Below, piece by piece: positions 9,866 through 19,388 of a DNA stretch of 64,000 bases. The DNA is from Planctomycetota bacterium. Its GTDB lineage: Bacteria; Planctomycetota; Phycisphaerae; Phycisphaerales; UBA1924. Below the pieces are notes generated by a model that saw only the letters and a program-made list of their open reading frames with translations, did no database searches and was not told the origin of the DNA. The DNA is taken from NCBI GenBank assembly GCA_018242605.1, contig JAFEBP010000010.1, forward strand, positions 54,354-118,353, read 5' to 3'. Position 1 is the stretch's first letter; each line of letters opens with the position of its first letter. The translations under genes were made by a program, and so were the position numbers.

Positions 9866-11383
9866 TTACAGCCTCGTCGCCGCCAGGCTCGCCAACTCGC
9901 TCCGCTCGCTCTTGGCCAGCGTCACGTGCGCGAACAGCCGGACGCCCTTCATCTTCTCGATGGAGTACGCCAGCCCGTTGCTCGACTGGTCCAGGTACGG
10001 GTTGTCGATCTGCCCGATATCGCCGGTCAGGATCAGCTTCGTCCCCTCGCCCACGCGGCTCGCGATCGTCTTGATCTCGTGCGGCGTCAGGTTCTGCGCC
10101 TCGTCCACGATCATGAACTGGTGCGGAATGCTCCGCCCGCGGATGTACGTCAATGGCTCGAGCACCAGCTTGCCGTCGGCCATCAGCTTCTGCACCCGCT
10201 GCTCCACCGAGTGGCTGTCCGCCGCCTGGCTCTGCGCCCCCCTGGTGCTCAGCAGGTACTGCAGGTTGTCGAAGATCGGTTGCATCCACGCAGTCAGTTT
10301 CTCGTCCTTGTCGCCCGGCAGGTACCCGATGTCGCGCCCCATCGGCATGATCGGCCGCGCCACCAGCAGCTTGTCGTACCGCTCCTCGCTGAACACCTTG
10401 GTCATCCCCGCGGCGATCGCCAGCAGCGTCTTGCCCGTGCCCGCCCCGCCCAGCAGCGTGACCATCTTGATGTCGTCGTCCAGCAGCGCGTCGAGCACCA
10501 TCGTCTGCTGCACGTTGCGCGCCATGATCCCGCTCACCGGCTTGCGCGGGCCCGTCACGGGGATCGCGTGATCCGTGTCGCTCAGCCGCCGCGCCAGGCC
10601 CGTGTGGTTCTCGTCGTCCTTGTCCCGCAGCACGATGTACTGGTTGGGGATCACTTCCTCGGCCAGCGTCTCCTGCCCGTCGCCCGCGAGGTGCGGCGCC
10701 AGCCGCTCCATGCTCAGCAGCCGGTCGCGGTAGAGCTCGTCGATCAGCTCGCCCTCCACGTCCAGCGTGATGTAGCCGATGTACAACCGGTCCGCGTCGA
10801 CCTTCTGGTTCGTGAAGTCCTCGGTCTTGATCCCCAGCGAATCGCTCTTGATCCGCGCGCCCAGGTCCTTGGTGACGAACACCGTCCGCTGCCCCAGCCG
10901 CTGCAGGTGCCACGCCACCGCGATGATCCGGTTGTCCGGCAGGTTCTCCGCGATCGCCGGCGGCCGCTCGTACTCGTTCACGTCCACGCGGATCGTGCCC
11001 GTGATGCCCCCCGGACCCACCGCGTGCGCCGTGTTGGCCATCGGCAGCAGCGCCTGCCAGTTCACCCCGTCGCCGCTCAGGCTCCCGATCGCCCGCAGCC
11101 GGTCAAGATGCCGGATCGCCGCCCGGGAGTTGCGCCCCAGGTCGTCCTCCTTGCGCTTCATCTTGTCCAGTTCCTCGATGACCGTGAACGGGATCACCAC
11201 GTGGTGCTCCTTGAACACGAACATCGCGTCCGGGTTGTGCAGCAGGATATTGGTATCGAGCACGAAGGTCTTGACCGCCGTGTCCGCGTCCGGTCCGAGC
11301 GATCGGACGGGGTGCGTCTCTCCTTGCCGCGATGCGGTGCTGATGGTCTTCTCTCCGACGAACGCACGGTTGGCTGTTGCCAT
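9866..11383 (-). CDS. PhoH2-type protein (N-terminal PIN domain fused to PhoH-like P-loop ATPase)
   Basis: PIN signature VLDTNILLHNP...VIPFTVIEELD. Walker A is GGAGTGKT, Walker B is FMIVDEAQN, followed by ILTGDIGQID. ATG 11383 (MATANRAF) is preferred over the upstream track start. Confidence 0.85.
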   Translation of the reverse strand: MATANRAFVGEKTISTASRQGETHPVRSLGPDADTAVKTFVLDTNILLHNPDAMFVFKEHHVVIPFTVIEELDKMKRKEDDLGRNSRAAIRHLDRLRAIGSLSGDGVNWQALLPMANTAHAVGPGGITGTIRVDVNEYERPPAIAENLPDNRIIAVAWHLQRLGQRTVFVTKDLGARIKSDSLGIKTEDFTNQKVDADRLYIGYITLDVEGELIDELYRDRLLSMERLAPHLAGDGQETLAEEVIPNQYIVLRDKDDENHTGLARRLSDTDHAIPVTGPRKPVSGIMARNVQQTMVLDALLDDDIKMVTLLGGAGTGKTLLAIAAGMTKVFSEERYDKLLVARPIMPMGRDIGYLPGDKDEKLTAWMQPIFDNLQYLLSTRGAQSQAADSHSVEQRVQKLMADGKLVLEPLTYIRGRSIPHQFMIVDEAQNLTPHEIKTIASRVGEGTKLILTGDIGQIDNPYLDQSSNGLAYSIEKMKGVRLFAHVTLAKSERSELASLAATRL

Positions 11384-11606
11384 GCGGCGGGGGCTTTCTG
11401 TGAGTGTCGGGCGGAACCTTGGCGCCAATCCATTGGCTCGGTCGCTCCGCCGGGGGCTGTCTCTCCTCCAAACGATACACCCTAGATCGGCACGCGGATG
11501 CGTCGGCACCAAAAAGGCCGCCCCCCGCCCCATATTCCCGGGGTGCTCCCCTCCCCCATCCGGCATTCCCCCGCGAAGGCCGAGCGCTCCGCCCGCCCGC
11601 GTAAAC

Positions 11607-11612
11607 TACCCT
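11607..11612 (+). promoter_or_regulatory. -10-like box (TACCCT; overlapping TAAACT at 11602-11607) 11 nt upstream of ATG 11624
   Basis: Recurrent TAnnnT-spacer-start pattern with a C-rich spacer and no SD. Confidence 0.4.
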
Positions 11613-11623
11613 GCAGTCCCCGC

Positions 11624-12835
11624 ATGGCCAGAATCGCGCTCCAAACCTCCACCCAGTACCTCGTCCTGGCCGCCAAACCCGACGGCGGCCGCACCTTCGG
11701 CCTCCGCCGCGCCCGCGATCCGCGCCACCTCAACGACCAGCTCCGCCGCGAACGCCTCGTGGCCCTCAAGACTTGGGCCCTGCCCCAGTGGGCCGGCGGC
11801 GGCGATTCTCAGGTCTCGCTCAAAGACCAGAGCGAACTGCACACCCAGCTCGCCCAACTCCTGACCCGCGGCGTGCCCCTCGTCGAAGCGCTCGACGCCA
11901 CCAGCAAGTCCGTCGCCAACTCCACCGCCCCGCGCGTGGAACGCATGCGCGACATGGTCGCCTCCGGCACCAGCTTCTCCGACGCCGCCTCCTCCGTGGG
12001 CATCTTCGACCCCGTCACCACCTCCGTCTACCGCGCCGCCGAACGCACCGGCGATCTCGGCGGCGCCGCCAAGCAGCTCGCCGGCACCACGCGCCGCCAG
12101 CTCCGCATCGCAGGCAAGGCCGGCACGCTGATGGTCTACCCCGCCATCGTGCTGAGCATCAGCCTGCTCGTCACCCTCGCGATGATCTGCTTCGTCCTGC
12201 CCAAGATCGGCCAGTCCATCAAGGACCTGGGCACCGAACTGCCCGCCTTCACACAGGCGATGATGGCCACCGGCGTCTTCCTCCGCGAGAACGCCCTGTG
12301 GGTCCTGGCCGGCGTCATGGCCGTCATCACCCTGGCGATCATCGCCCGCCGCGCCCTCTTCCTCGTCGTTGCGCGGCTCGCCCGCTCCACCCCACTGCTC
12401 AAGGACGTTGTCGTCACGCAGGAGTCCGCCCGTTTCTTCACCGTCATGGCCGCCATGACCCACAACGGCGTCACCCTCGCCGACGCGCTGGGCGTCGCCG
12501 TCGGCGTCATCAGCCACCCCAAGCTCCGCGGCCAGCTCACCACGCTCCGCAACAAGCTCATCGAGGGCGGCGTCCTGCGCACCCTCATCGACAGCGTCGA
12601 CTCTCTCCCCCTGCCCACCCGCCGCCTGCTCATGGCCGCCGAACGCGCGGGCGATCTCGATTCCGCCTTCGACACGCTCGCCGCCGATATGACCGAGGAA
12701 CTCGAACGCAAGAGCGAGCGTCTGCTCGCCGCGATGGAGCCCATCCTCATCGTCATCATGTTCCTGATGATCGGCTCCCTCGTGGTCTCGATCATGATCC
12801 CCCTGATCCGCGCCACCAGCGCCGCCGTTCAGTAA
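11624..12835 (+). CDS. GspF/PilC-family platform protein (second copy, not next to other pilus genes)
   Basis: Two T2SSF-type domains (LLTRGVPLVEALDA...GTSFSDAA...AAERTGDLGGA and MTHNGVTLADALGV...LMAAERAGDLDSAF). It also has the VLPKIGQSIKDLGTELPAFTQ motif and 3 TMs. Confidence 0.8.
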   Translation: MARIALQTSTQYLVLAAKPDGGRTFGLRRARDPRHLNDQLRRERLVALKTWALPQWAGGGDSQVSLKDQSELHTQLAQLLTRGVPLVEALDATSKSVANSTAPRVERMRDMVASGTSFSDAASSVGIFDPVTTSVYRAAERTGDLGGAAKQLAGTTRRQLRIAGKAGTLMVYPAIVLSISLLVTLAMICFVLPKIGQSIKDLGTELPAFTQAMMATGVFLRENALWVLAGVMAVITLAIIARRALFLVVARLARSTPLLKDVVVTQESARFFTVMAAMTHNGVTLADALGVAVGVISHPKLRGQLTTLRNKLIEGGVLRTLIDSVDSLPLPTRRLLMAAERAGDLDSAFDTLAADMTEELERKSERLLAAMEPILIVIMFLMIGSLVVSIMIPLIRATSAAVQ

Positions 12836-12891
12836 CCGGCGACCCGCCTTCCCCTCCTTCGATTCCAGAATCCCTTCGCGCCGCGGCCCCC

Positions 12892-14628
12892 TCACACTCC
12901 CAGCGGCCCGTCGTACGCGTGATTCACCGGATCAATCCGCCGCATCGGCTTCTCGCGCGTCTGTTCCTCCACCACGTGCGCCACCAGCCCCGGCGTCCGC
13001 GCGATCATGAAGATCCCGTTGAATACCCGCGGGTCCAGCCCCAGGTCCGACAGGATCGCCCCGATCGCGCCATCGACATTGATCGGCAGCGGCTTGCCGA
13101 TCGCCGCGAACGCCCGCTCCACCGCCCGCGCCGCCTCCACGTGCGTCGTCGCGCCGCCCTTGCTCTCTCCCACCCCCGCCGCCGCGGCCAGCTCGAACAG
13201 CCTGGCCGTCCGCGGGTCTTTCGTGTGCACACGGTGCCCGAACCCGCTGATGCGGTCGCCGCTCGCCTTGATCCTCGCCACTTCCTCCGCCGCGACCTCG
13301 TCGATACTCCGCCCCGCATCCTTTGCTGACTTCATGAGCCCCGCCAGGTACCGCGCGCAATCCTCGATCGCCCCGCCGTGATGCCGGTTGATCGAAGAGA
13401 TCCCCGCCGCGACGCTCTGCGAGAGCGACGCTCCCGTCGACGCCACCGTCCGCGCCGCCAGGCAACTCGGCGGGGTCGCGCCGTGATCGATGCTCGAGAC
13501 CAGTATCGCGTCCATCAACCGCCCCACCGCCGCGTCCGGCATCCTGCCTGTCAGAATCAGGTGCACCGCCGCGCCGAACGACACGTTGCCCATCAGGTCC
13601 GCGATGTTCCGCCCCCGCACCGCCACCGTATTGGGCGCGATCCGCGTGATCGCCGTCGTCCACACCGCCTTGCGCTCCGCCTCGCTCATCAAAGAGAGCG
13701 ACGGCCCGCCATTCCTCGATGTCCGCAGCATCCCCGCCACCGCGCCGGGCAGATCGCCGAACGAATCCGCCACCACCGCACCCGCCCCGCGCAGCGCCGC
13801 CACCTTCCCCGCGTGCGTGCCCTTGTTCCCCTCGATGATCGCCCCCGCGTGGCTGAACCGCGTCCCCGCCGTCGCCGCTTTCCCGCCGATGTACGCCGCC
13901 ACCGGCTTGGTGATCTTCTTCGCCGCCATCAACGCCGCCAGTTCCTCCTCCTGCGATCCGCCGATCTCCCCGAACAGCACGATCGCGTCCGTCGCCGGAT
14001 CCGCCTCAAACATCTGCGCCACTTCCGCGACGCGCACCCCCAGCACCGCGTCGCCCCCCACGTGCACGATGCTCGAGATCCGCACTCCCGCCTGCCCCAG
14101 GTAATACGCCGTGCTCGACGACATCCCACCGGACCGCGAGATGATCCCCACACCCGTCCCCCCCGGCAGCGGCGGCTTGAACCACTCCCGCGCCGACTCG
14201 GCCCGCCCGCCGATCATCCCCACCACCGCCTTGCCCGGGCTCGCGATCCCCAGCGTGTTGGGCCCCAAGAACCGCGCCCCGGCCTTCTTCGCCGCCTTCG
14301 CGATCGCCATCGCGTCCCACACCGGCACGCGATCCGCCACCAGCACCACCAGCCCGATCCCCGCCTCCAGCGCATCGATCGCCGCCGCCTTGATTCCCGC
14401 CGCGGGCACGAACAGCACCGACACATCAACGCCCCCCAGCGCCGCCACCGCATCGCCGCACGAGTTGAACACGGGCAGCCCGAAGACCTCGCCGCCGCCC
14501 TTGCCCGGCGTCACTCCACCCACCACCTTCGTGCCGTAATCCAGCATCAGCCGCGTGCGGGCCTGACCCTCACGCCCCGTGATCCCCTGCACCAGAACGC
14601 GCTTGGTTTCGTCGATGAGAATCGCCAT
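12892..14628 (-). CDS. Fusion of a succinyl-CoA-synthetase-alpha-like domain (CoA-binding/ligase) with a citryl-CoA-lyase / citrate-synthase-like domain (ATP-citrate-lyase alpha-subunit-like)
   Basis: The N-terminal half aligns by eye to SucD (MAILIDETKRVLVQGITGREG...GGVTPGKGG...SRSGG...phospho-His context FSHAGAII). The C-terminal half has citrate-synthase-fold motifs (SSIDHGATPPS, GFGHRVHTKDPR). Start is ATG 14628. Confidence 0.7.
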   Translation of the reverse strand: MAILIDETKRVLVQGITGREGQARTRLMLDYGTKVVGGVTPGKGGGEVFGLPVFNSCGDAVAALGGVDVSVLFVPAAGIKAAAIDALEAGIGLVVLVADRVPVWDAMAIAKAAKKAGARFLGPNTLGIASPGKAVVGMIGGRAESAREWFKPPLPGGTGVGIISRSGGMSSSTAYYLGQAGVRISSIVHVGGDAVLGVRVAEVAQMFEADPATDAIVLFGEIGGSQEEELAALMAAKKITKPVAAYIGGKAATAGTRFSHAGAIIEGNKGTHAGKVAALRGAGAVVADSFGDLPGAVAGMLRTSRNGGPSLSLMSEAERKAVWTTAITRIAPNTVAVRGRNIADLMGNVSFGAAVHLILTGRMPDAAVGRLMDAILVSSIDHGATPPSCLAARTVASTGASLSQSVAAGISSINRHHGGAIEDCARYLAGLMKSAKDAGRSIDEVAAEEVARIKASGDRISGFGHRVHTKDPRTARLFELAAAAGVGESKGGATTHVEAARAVERAFAAIGKPLPINVDGAIGAILSDLGLDPRVFNGIFMIARTPGLVAHVVEEQTREKPMRRIDPVNHAYDGPLGV

Positions 14629-14636
14629 GCGCCGCA

Positions 14637-14642
14637 AGCGTA
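14637..14642 (-). promoter_or_regulatory. -10-like box (TACGCT on minus strand) 8 nt upstream of start 14628
   Basis: Recurrent TAnnnT-spacer-start pattern. Confidence 0.4.
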
Positions 14643-14688
14643 GTCCGCGGCGGCCCATGCTTGCTCGGGGCCTTCACGCACCAATCCA

Positions 14689-15594
14689 TCACACGGCGGG
14701 ACGGGATTTGAGCGATGCCTTCAACGTCGCCAGCGCCGCCTCCCGCGCCGCCCCGCTCAGCGGCCGCCGCGGCCCGCGAACCCGCTCGCTCCCGTGCCCC
14801 ATCTCCTGCTGCACCAGCTTGATCAGGTGCACAAACTCCGGCACCACGTCCATCCGCAGCAGCGGCAGAAACCACTGGTACAGCGCCGCAGCCTTGTCCT
14901 TCTGGCCCGCCATCGCGTACCTGAACAGCGCCACCGACTCCGCCGGGAACGCGTTGACCAGCCCCGCCACCCACCCCGTCGCCCCCGCCCCGATCGCCTC
15001 GACGATCAGATCATCCACGCCCACCAGCACCGCCAGGCGCTCCCCCATCAGCGCCCGGATCGCCGTCACTCGCCGCACATCCGCCGACGATTCCTTCACC
15101 GCCTGCAGGTTCGCGTGCGAAGCCGCCAGTTCTGCCAACTGTTCCGGCAGCACATCCGTCCCGTACGCGATCGGGTTGTTGTACAGCATGCACGACAACC
15201 CCGTCGCCCCGATCACCGCCCCGAAGTGCTCGCGCATTTCCGACCACGGCCCCTTGTACGCGTACGGCGGCAGCACCATCAGCCCGCGGCAGCCGCACGC
15301 CGCCGCATCCTTCGCGTACGCCGCCGCCGCCCGCGTCGAGACCGAACTGATACCCGCCACCACGGGCGCCTTGCCGCCCACGGCTTTCACGATCGTCGTC
15401 AGCACCGCCGATCGCTCGTCGCGATCCAGGGCCCCGCCCTCGCCCAGTGATCCCAGCGCGACGATCCCGCCGCAGCCGCACTCCACCATCCAAGCCGCGT
15501 GCGCCGCGAGCAAGCCATGATCCACCCGATCATCGCTCGTGAACGGGGTCGTGATCGCGGGCAGAACCGTGTTCCAGTCGTTGTGATTCATCAT
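14689..15594 (-). CDS. DapA/DHDPS-family lyase, candidate pyrroline-4-hydroxy-2-carboxylate deaminase
   Basis: 301 aa with DHDPS-family N-terminus (LPAITTPFTSDDRVDHGLL...GGIVALGSLGEGGAL). It lies directly downstream of a hydroxyproline epimerase-type gene, and the deaminase of that pathway is a DapA-family enzyme. Confidence 0.7.
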   Translation of the reverse strand: MMNHNDWNTVLPAITTPFTSDDRVDHGLLAAHAAWMVECGCGGIVALGSLGEGGALDRDERSAVLTTIVKAVGGKAPVVAGISSVSTRAAAAYAKDAAACGCRGLMVLPPYAYKGPWSEMREHFGAVIGATGLSCMLYNNPIAYGTDVLPEQLAELAASHANLQAVKESSADVRRVTAIRALMGERLAVLVGVDDLIVEAIGAGATGWVAGLVNAFPAESVALFRYAMAGQKDKAAALYQWFLPLLRMDVVPEFVHLIKLVQQEMGHGSERVRGPRRPLSGAAREAALATLKASLKSRPAV

Positions 15595-15620
15595 GCTCGG
15601 TGTCCATCACTCGTTGCGCT

Positions 15621-16562
15621 TCAAGCAAGCCGGATTCCATGCCGCAGCGGATCGCGCGGGTCCAACAGTAACTCCCCCCGCGCCGTGATGTACGCCCGCC
15701 CGCTGATCGTCGGGATCACGCGCCCGTTCTCCAACCTGTAATTCCCGCGGAACGCGCTGCCGATGATGCTCTCCTGCCCCCACTCTTCGCCCGGCAGCAG
15801 TTTCCCGTCCGCGTGCAGGCACGCCAGCTTCGCGCTCGTCCCCGTCCCGCACGGCGACCGGTCGTACGCCTTGCCCGGGCAAAGCACGAAGTTCCGGCTT
15901 TTGCAGTCCTCGCGCGCGGGAGGCCCGAACAGCTCCACGTGATCGATCTCCGCCCCGTTCACGCCCGTGATCCCCCGCCGCGTGAGTTCCTGCCGGATCG
16001 CCCACGCCGCCCGCGTCAACTCCTCGATGTTCCCCGCCTCCACCTTCATTCCGTGGTCCTCGCACAGGAAGAACCAGTTCCCGCCCCACGCCACGTCGCC
16101 GCTCACCCGCCCAACCCCCGGCACATCCAGCGACACGCCCTTCAGGTGCCTGTAGCTCGGCACGTTCTCGATGCTCACCAACCCATCCGCCCCGAGCGTC
16201 GCCGCCACCGTCCCCGCGGGCGTCTCGATCAGGTGCGTCCCCGTCCCGACCCGGCACAGGTACGCGAGCGTGGCCACCAGCCCGATCGTTCCGTGCCCGC
16301 ACATCCCCAGGTAGCCCACGTTGTTGAAGAAGATCACCCCCGCCGCCGCCTCCGGGTTCACCGGCGCACACAACAGCGCCCCCACCATCGCGTCGTTGCC
16401 CCGCGGCTCGTTCGCCACCGCCGACCGGAACGCCTCGTGCTTCGCGCGGAACACCGCCAGCCGCGCCGACATGTCGCCGCAGCCCAGGTCCGGCCCACCG
16501 GCCACCACCACGCGCGTCGGCTCTCCTTCCGTGTGCGAATCAACCACTTCGATCTTGCGCAT
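15621..16562 (-). CDS. Proline racemase family enzyme, probably 4-hydroxyproline 2-epimerase
   Basis: [19 protein letters not shown]. Both catalytic Cys contexts are present (GMCGHG and [11 protein letters not shown]), which indicates an epimerase/racemase rather than the Cys/Thr dehydratase subtype. Confidence 0.85.
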   Translation of the reverse strand: MRKIEVVDSHTEGEPTRVVVAGGPDLGCGDMSARLAVFRAKHEAFRSAVANEPRGNDAMVGALLCAPVNPEAAAGVIFFNNVGYLGMCGHGTIGLVATLAYLCRVGTGTHLIETPAGTVAATLGADGLVSIENVPSYRHLKGVSLDVPGVGRVSGDVAWGGNWFFLCEDHGMKVEAGNIEELTRAAWAIRQELTRRGITGVNGAEIDHVELFGPPAREDCKSRNFVLCPGKAYDRSPCGTGTSAKLACLHADGKLLPGEEWGQESIIGSAFRGNYRLENGRVIPTISGRAYITARGELLLDPRDPLRHGIRLA

Positions 16563-16567
16563 GCTGC

Positions 16568-17227
16568 TTACGTGCTCCTCGCCGCGAACACCAGTTCAAC
16601 CACGTCTTCCGGCCGCCCGAGTGTTCGCCCCTCGCGCTTCGCCCGATCGATCGCCCGCAGCACCAGCCGCTCCGCGTCCGGCCGCGTCTCGCCAAGCGTT
16701 ACCAGTACCTGCACCGCGTCCTCGCTCATCGCGTCGGCGCCGGCTGCGCCGCGCCCCACCGCGCCCATGTCCAGTTCCCGCACCTCGCCCTCGCTCAGGT
16801 ACCCGTCCACCTTCCCCGTGAGCTCCGCGATCACCGTCTCGGCCATCCGCTTGCCGATCTCCGGCAGCTTCACCAGCGCCGCCGCGTCCTTCCTCGCGAT
16901 CGCCGAAGCGATCACCGACGGCTCCACCGCCATCGCCCGCAGCGCCTTGCGGTTGCCGATTCCTTTCACCGTCGTGAACAGCTCGAAGAAGTCCCGCTGA
17001 TGCCTTGACAGGAACCCGATCAGCCGCGGGATGAACGACGCTCCCTGCCCCTGCCCCTCGAAGTACTGGTGCGTGATGAGCACCACCGGCTGGCCCGTTT
17101 TCGCCGCCAGTTGCTCCGCCAGGAACCGCGGCAGCAGCACCTCGTACGCGACGCTTCCCCCGCTCGGGGCGATCGTCGCCGTGAGGTCGTCCACGCGCTC
17201 CAGCATTCCTGAAATCCGGCAGATCAT
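16568..17227 (-). CDS. ruvA: Holliday junction branch migration complex subunit RuvA
   Basis: [12 protein letters not shown]... is a typical RuvA N-terminus. HhH region is [19 protein letters not shown]...[13 protein letters not shown]. The C-terminal domain III is present. ATG 17227 is preferred. Confidence 0.85.
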   Translation of the reverse strand: MICRISGMLERVDDLTATIAPSGGSVAYEVLLPRFLAEQLAAKTGQPVVLITHQYFEGQGQGASFIPRLIGFLSRHQRDFFELFTTVKGIGNRKALRAMAVEPSVIASAIARKDAAALVKLPEIGKRMAETVIAELTGKVDGYLSEGEVRELDMGAVGRGAAGADAMSEDAVQVLVTLGETRPDAERLVLRAIDRAKREGRTLGRPEDVVELVFAARST

Positions 17228-17235
17228 GCGCCAAG

Positions 17236-17241
17236 ACGGTA
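17236..17241 (-). promoter_or_regulatory. -10-like box (TACCGT on minus strand) 8 nt upstream of ruvA start
   Basis: Recurrent TAnnnT-spacer-start pattern. Confidence 0.4.
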
Positions 17242-17288
17242 GCCCATAACGCGGCTCCCGCTCCGCCCGCCCCGCGGCACCCCCGCAG

Positions 17289-18986
17289 TTGATGCTCATT
17301 TCTCACCGTGCCGATAACGCCAGCGCCGCCACACCCGCCCGCCGGGAACGCATTCCCCGCGCCAGGCGTCTCCGCGGCAACCGGAACCGGACCGTGCCAC
17401 ACAAAGCATTGGACTCCAACCCCGCCACGCCCTTCAGCCGCGACCTGAGCGGCGCCAACATCGCACGCCGCGTCGTGCTGATCGGCACGCCCGACACCCT
17501 CGCCACCCTCGCGCCCCAGTTCGCGCTGGGCTCAGGCCTCGCCACGCCCATCGGCGTCGTTCCCATCGAAGACTCCGCATCCCCGCACGCCAACGCCTGC
17601 GGCCTGCCCCTCATCGCCTCGCTCGAAGACCTCGCCGCCATCCACCGGCGCGACCCCGTCTCGCTCGCCGTCGTGAGCGTGCCCAAGCGCCTCTCCGGCA
17701 ACCGCCAGCGCATCCTCACCCGCCTTCGCGAACTGGGCATCGCGCACCGGCTCGTGACGCCCCTGGCCGACCTCATGGACGCCCCCGCCGAACGCGCCCA
17801 GGGCCCCATCGATCTTGGCGAACTCATCGGCCGGTCCCCGCACACCATCGACCGCGACGCCGTCGCCCAGGCCATCTCCGGCAAGCGCATCGTCGTCACC
17901 GGCGCGGGCGGCAGCATCGGCAGCGAGCTCTGCCGCATCCTCGCCGAGTTCCAGCCCGCCTGCATCGTCATGATGGAACGCGGCGAGAACGCCCTCTTCG
18001 AGATCGACCGCTGCCTCGCCGAGCGCTTCCCCTCCGTCCCGCGCCGCGCGGTCCTCCACGACATCACCGACGCCGAGCAGACCCTCCGCCACTTTGTCAA
18101 CATCCGCCCACAGGCCGTCTTCCACGCCGCGGCACACAAACACGTGCCCCTCATGGAAGACCACCCCTCGCACGCCGTTCACAACAACTTCTTCGGCACC
18201 CGCAGCGTCGCGGACGCCGCGCTCGCCGTCTCCGCCGAGCGCCTCGTGGTCATCTCCTCCGACAAGGCCGTCAACCCCACCAGCGTCATGGGCGCCACCA
18301 AGCGCCTCGCCGAGATGTACGTGCAGTTGCTCTCGCCCACCGCCGGCCGCACCACGCTCAGCATGGTCCGCTTCGGCAACGTGCTCGGCTCTGCGTGCAG
18401 CGTCCTGCCCATCTGGGAACGCCAGCTCGCCGCGGGCGGCCCCCTCACCGTCACCGACGCCCGCATGACCCGCTACTTCATGTCCATCCGCGAAGCCGCG
18501 GCGCTCGTCATCCAGGCCGGCGTCATCGACGGCATCGGCCAGCCCCCCAGCATCTACGTGCTCGACATGGGCGAGCCCATCCGCATCCTCGACCTCGCCG
18601 AACGCTTCGCCCGCCTCCACGGCTACTCCCCCTTCATCAACGCCGCGCCCGCCAACAGCGAGGAGCCCACTGTCGAGATCTCCATCACCGGTGCACGCCC
18701 CGGCGAGAAGCTCCACGAAGAACTCGCCTACGCCGCCGAGGCCCTCTCCCCCACCCGGTTCCCCGGCATCCGTGCGCTGCGCAGCGCCACCCAGCCCCAC
18801 ATCGACGCCGCCACCCTCACCGCCGAGCTCTCCGCCGTCCGCACCGCCACAGATAAGGGGCTGGTCCTGGGCGTCATCCGCCGCCATGTCCCGGAGATGC
18901 GTCGCCCCAGCGACGCGCTCACCCTCGGTGTCGAAGCCGCCGAACAAACATTTGGCGAACAGATCCCTGTTGCACAGGCCGCTTGA
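17289..18986 (+). CDS. Polysaccharide biosynthesis protein, CapD/PglF-type NDP-sugar 4,6-dehydratase/epimerase
   Basis: Rossmann motif VTGAGGSIGSEL, FHAAAHKHVPLME and VRFGNVLGS. The N-terminal TM segments usual for this family are absent, and the start is uncertain. Confidence 0.8.
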   Translation: MMLISHRADNASAATPARRERIPRARRLRGNRNRTVPHKALDSNPATPFSRDLSGANIARRVVLIGTPDTLATLAPQFALGSGLATPIGVVPIEDSASPHANACGLPLIASLEDLAAIHRRDPVSLAVVSVPKRLSGNRQRILTRLRELGIAHRLVTPLADLMDAPAERAQGPIDLGELIGRSPHTIDRDAVAQAISGKRIVVTGAGGSIGSELCRILAEFQPACIVMMERGENALFEIDRCLAERFPSVPRRAVLHDITDAEQTLRHFVNIRPQAVFHAAAHKHVPLMEDHPSHAVHNNFFGTRSVADAALAVSAERLVVISSDKAVNPTSVMGATKRLAEMYVQLLSPTAGRTTLSMVRFGNVLGSACSVLPIWERQLAAGGPLTVTDARMTRYFMSIREAAALVIQAGVIDGIGQPPSIYVLDMGEPIRILDLAERFARLHGYSPFINAAPANSEEPTVEISITGARPGEKLHEELAYAAEALSPTRFPGIRALRSATQPHIDAATLTAELSAVRTATDKGLVLGVIRRHVPEMRRPSDALTLGVEAAEQTFGEQIPVAQAA

Positions 18987-19089
18987 TCGGCCGAACCAAC
19001 AGGCGGACAATCAGTTAAGGCGAACCGTGTTTCCAAAGGGTCTTCCGGCCCCCGGCAACGCCGGTCCGTTCCGAGAACTGAACCGCAGC

Positions 19090-19338
19090 ATGATCGATTC
19101 CCAACTCAGTCTTGATGAAATCCGCGCCGGCAAGGCCCAGGCCGAGCAGTTGCTCGCCAACCTCCGCGCCGCCAAGGACCAGACCGAGGCCTCCCTCGCA
19201 CAGACCAACCGCCGCGACCTCTTCAAGCGCGTCACGGGCGCCTCCAGCATCGACAACGCCATCGCCTCTGCCACCCGCATGATCGAGGCCTATTCCCGCC
19301 TCATCGCCGAGCACGAGCAGGCCGCCAAGGTCGCCTGA
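19090..19338 (+). CDS. Small coiled-coil hypothetical protein
   Basis: 82 aa from ATG 19090 ([31 protein letters not shown]...). An alternative GTG start lies at 19027. No clear SD or -10 box was seen. Confidence 0.35.
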   Translation: MIDSQLSLDEIRAGKAQAEQLLANLRAAKDQTEASLAQTNRRDLFKRVTGASSIDNAIASATRMIEAYSRLIAEHEQAAKVA

Positions 19339-19374
19339 CGCCCTCCTTCACCCCCTGCGCTCAGCCCCGCGGCG

Positions 19375-19380
19375 TACCGT
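19375..19380 (+). promoter_or_regulatory. -10-like box (TACCGT) 8 nt upstream of dut ATG
   Basis: Recurrent TAnnnT-spacer-start pattern. Confidence 0.4.
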
Positions 19381-19388
19381 CCGCCCCC

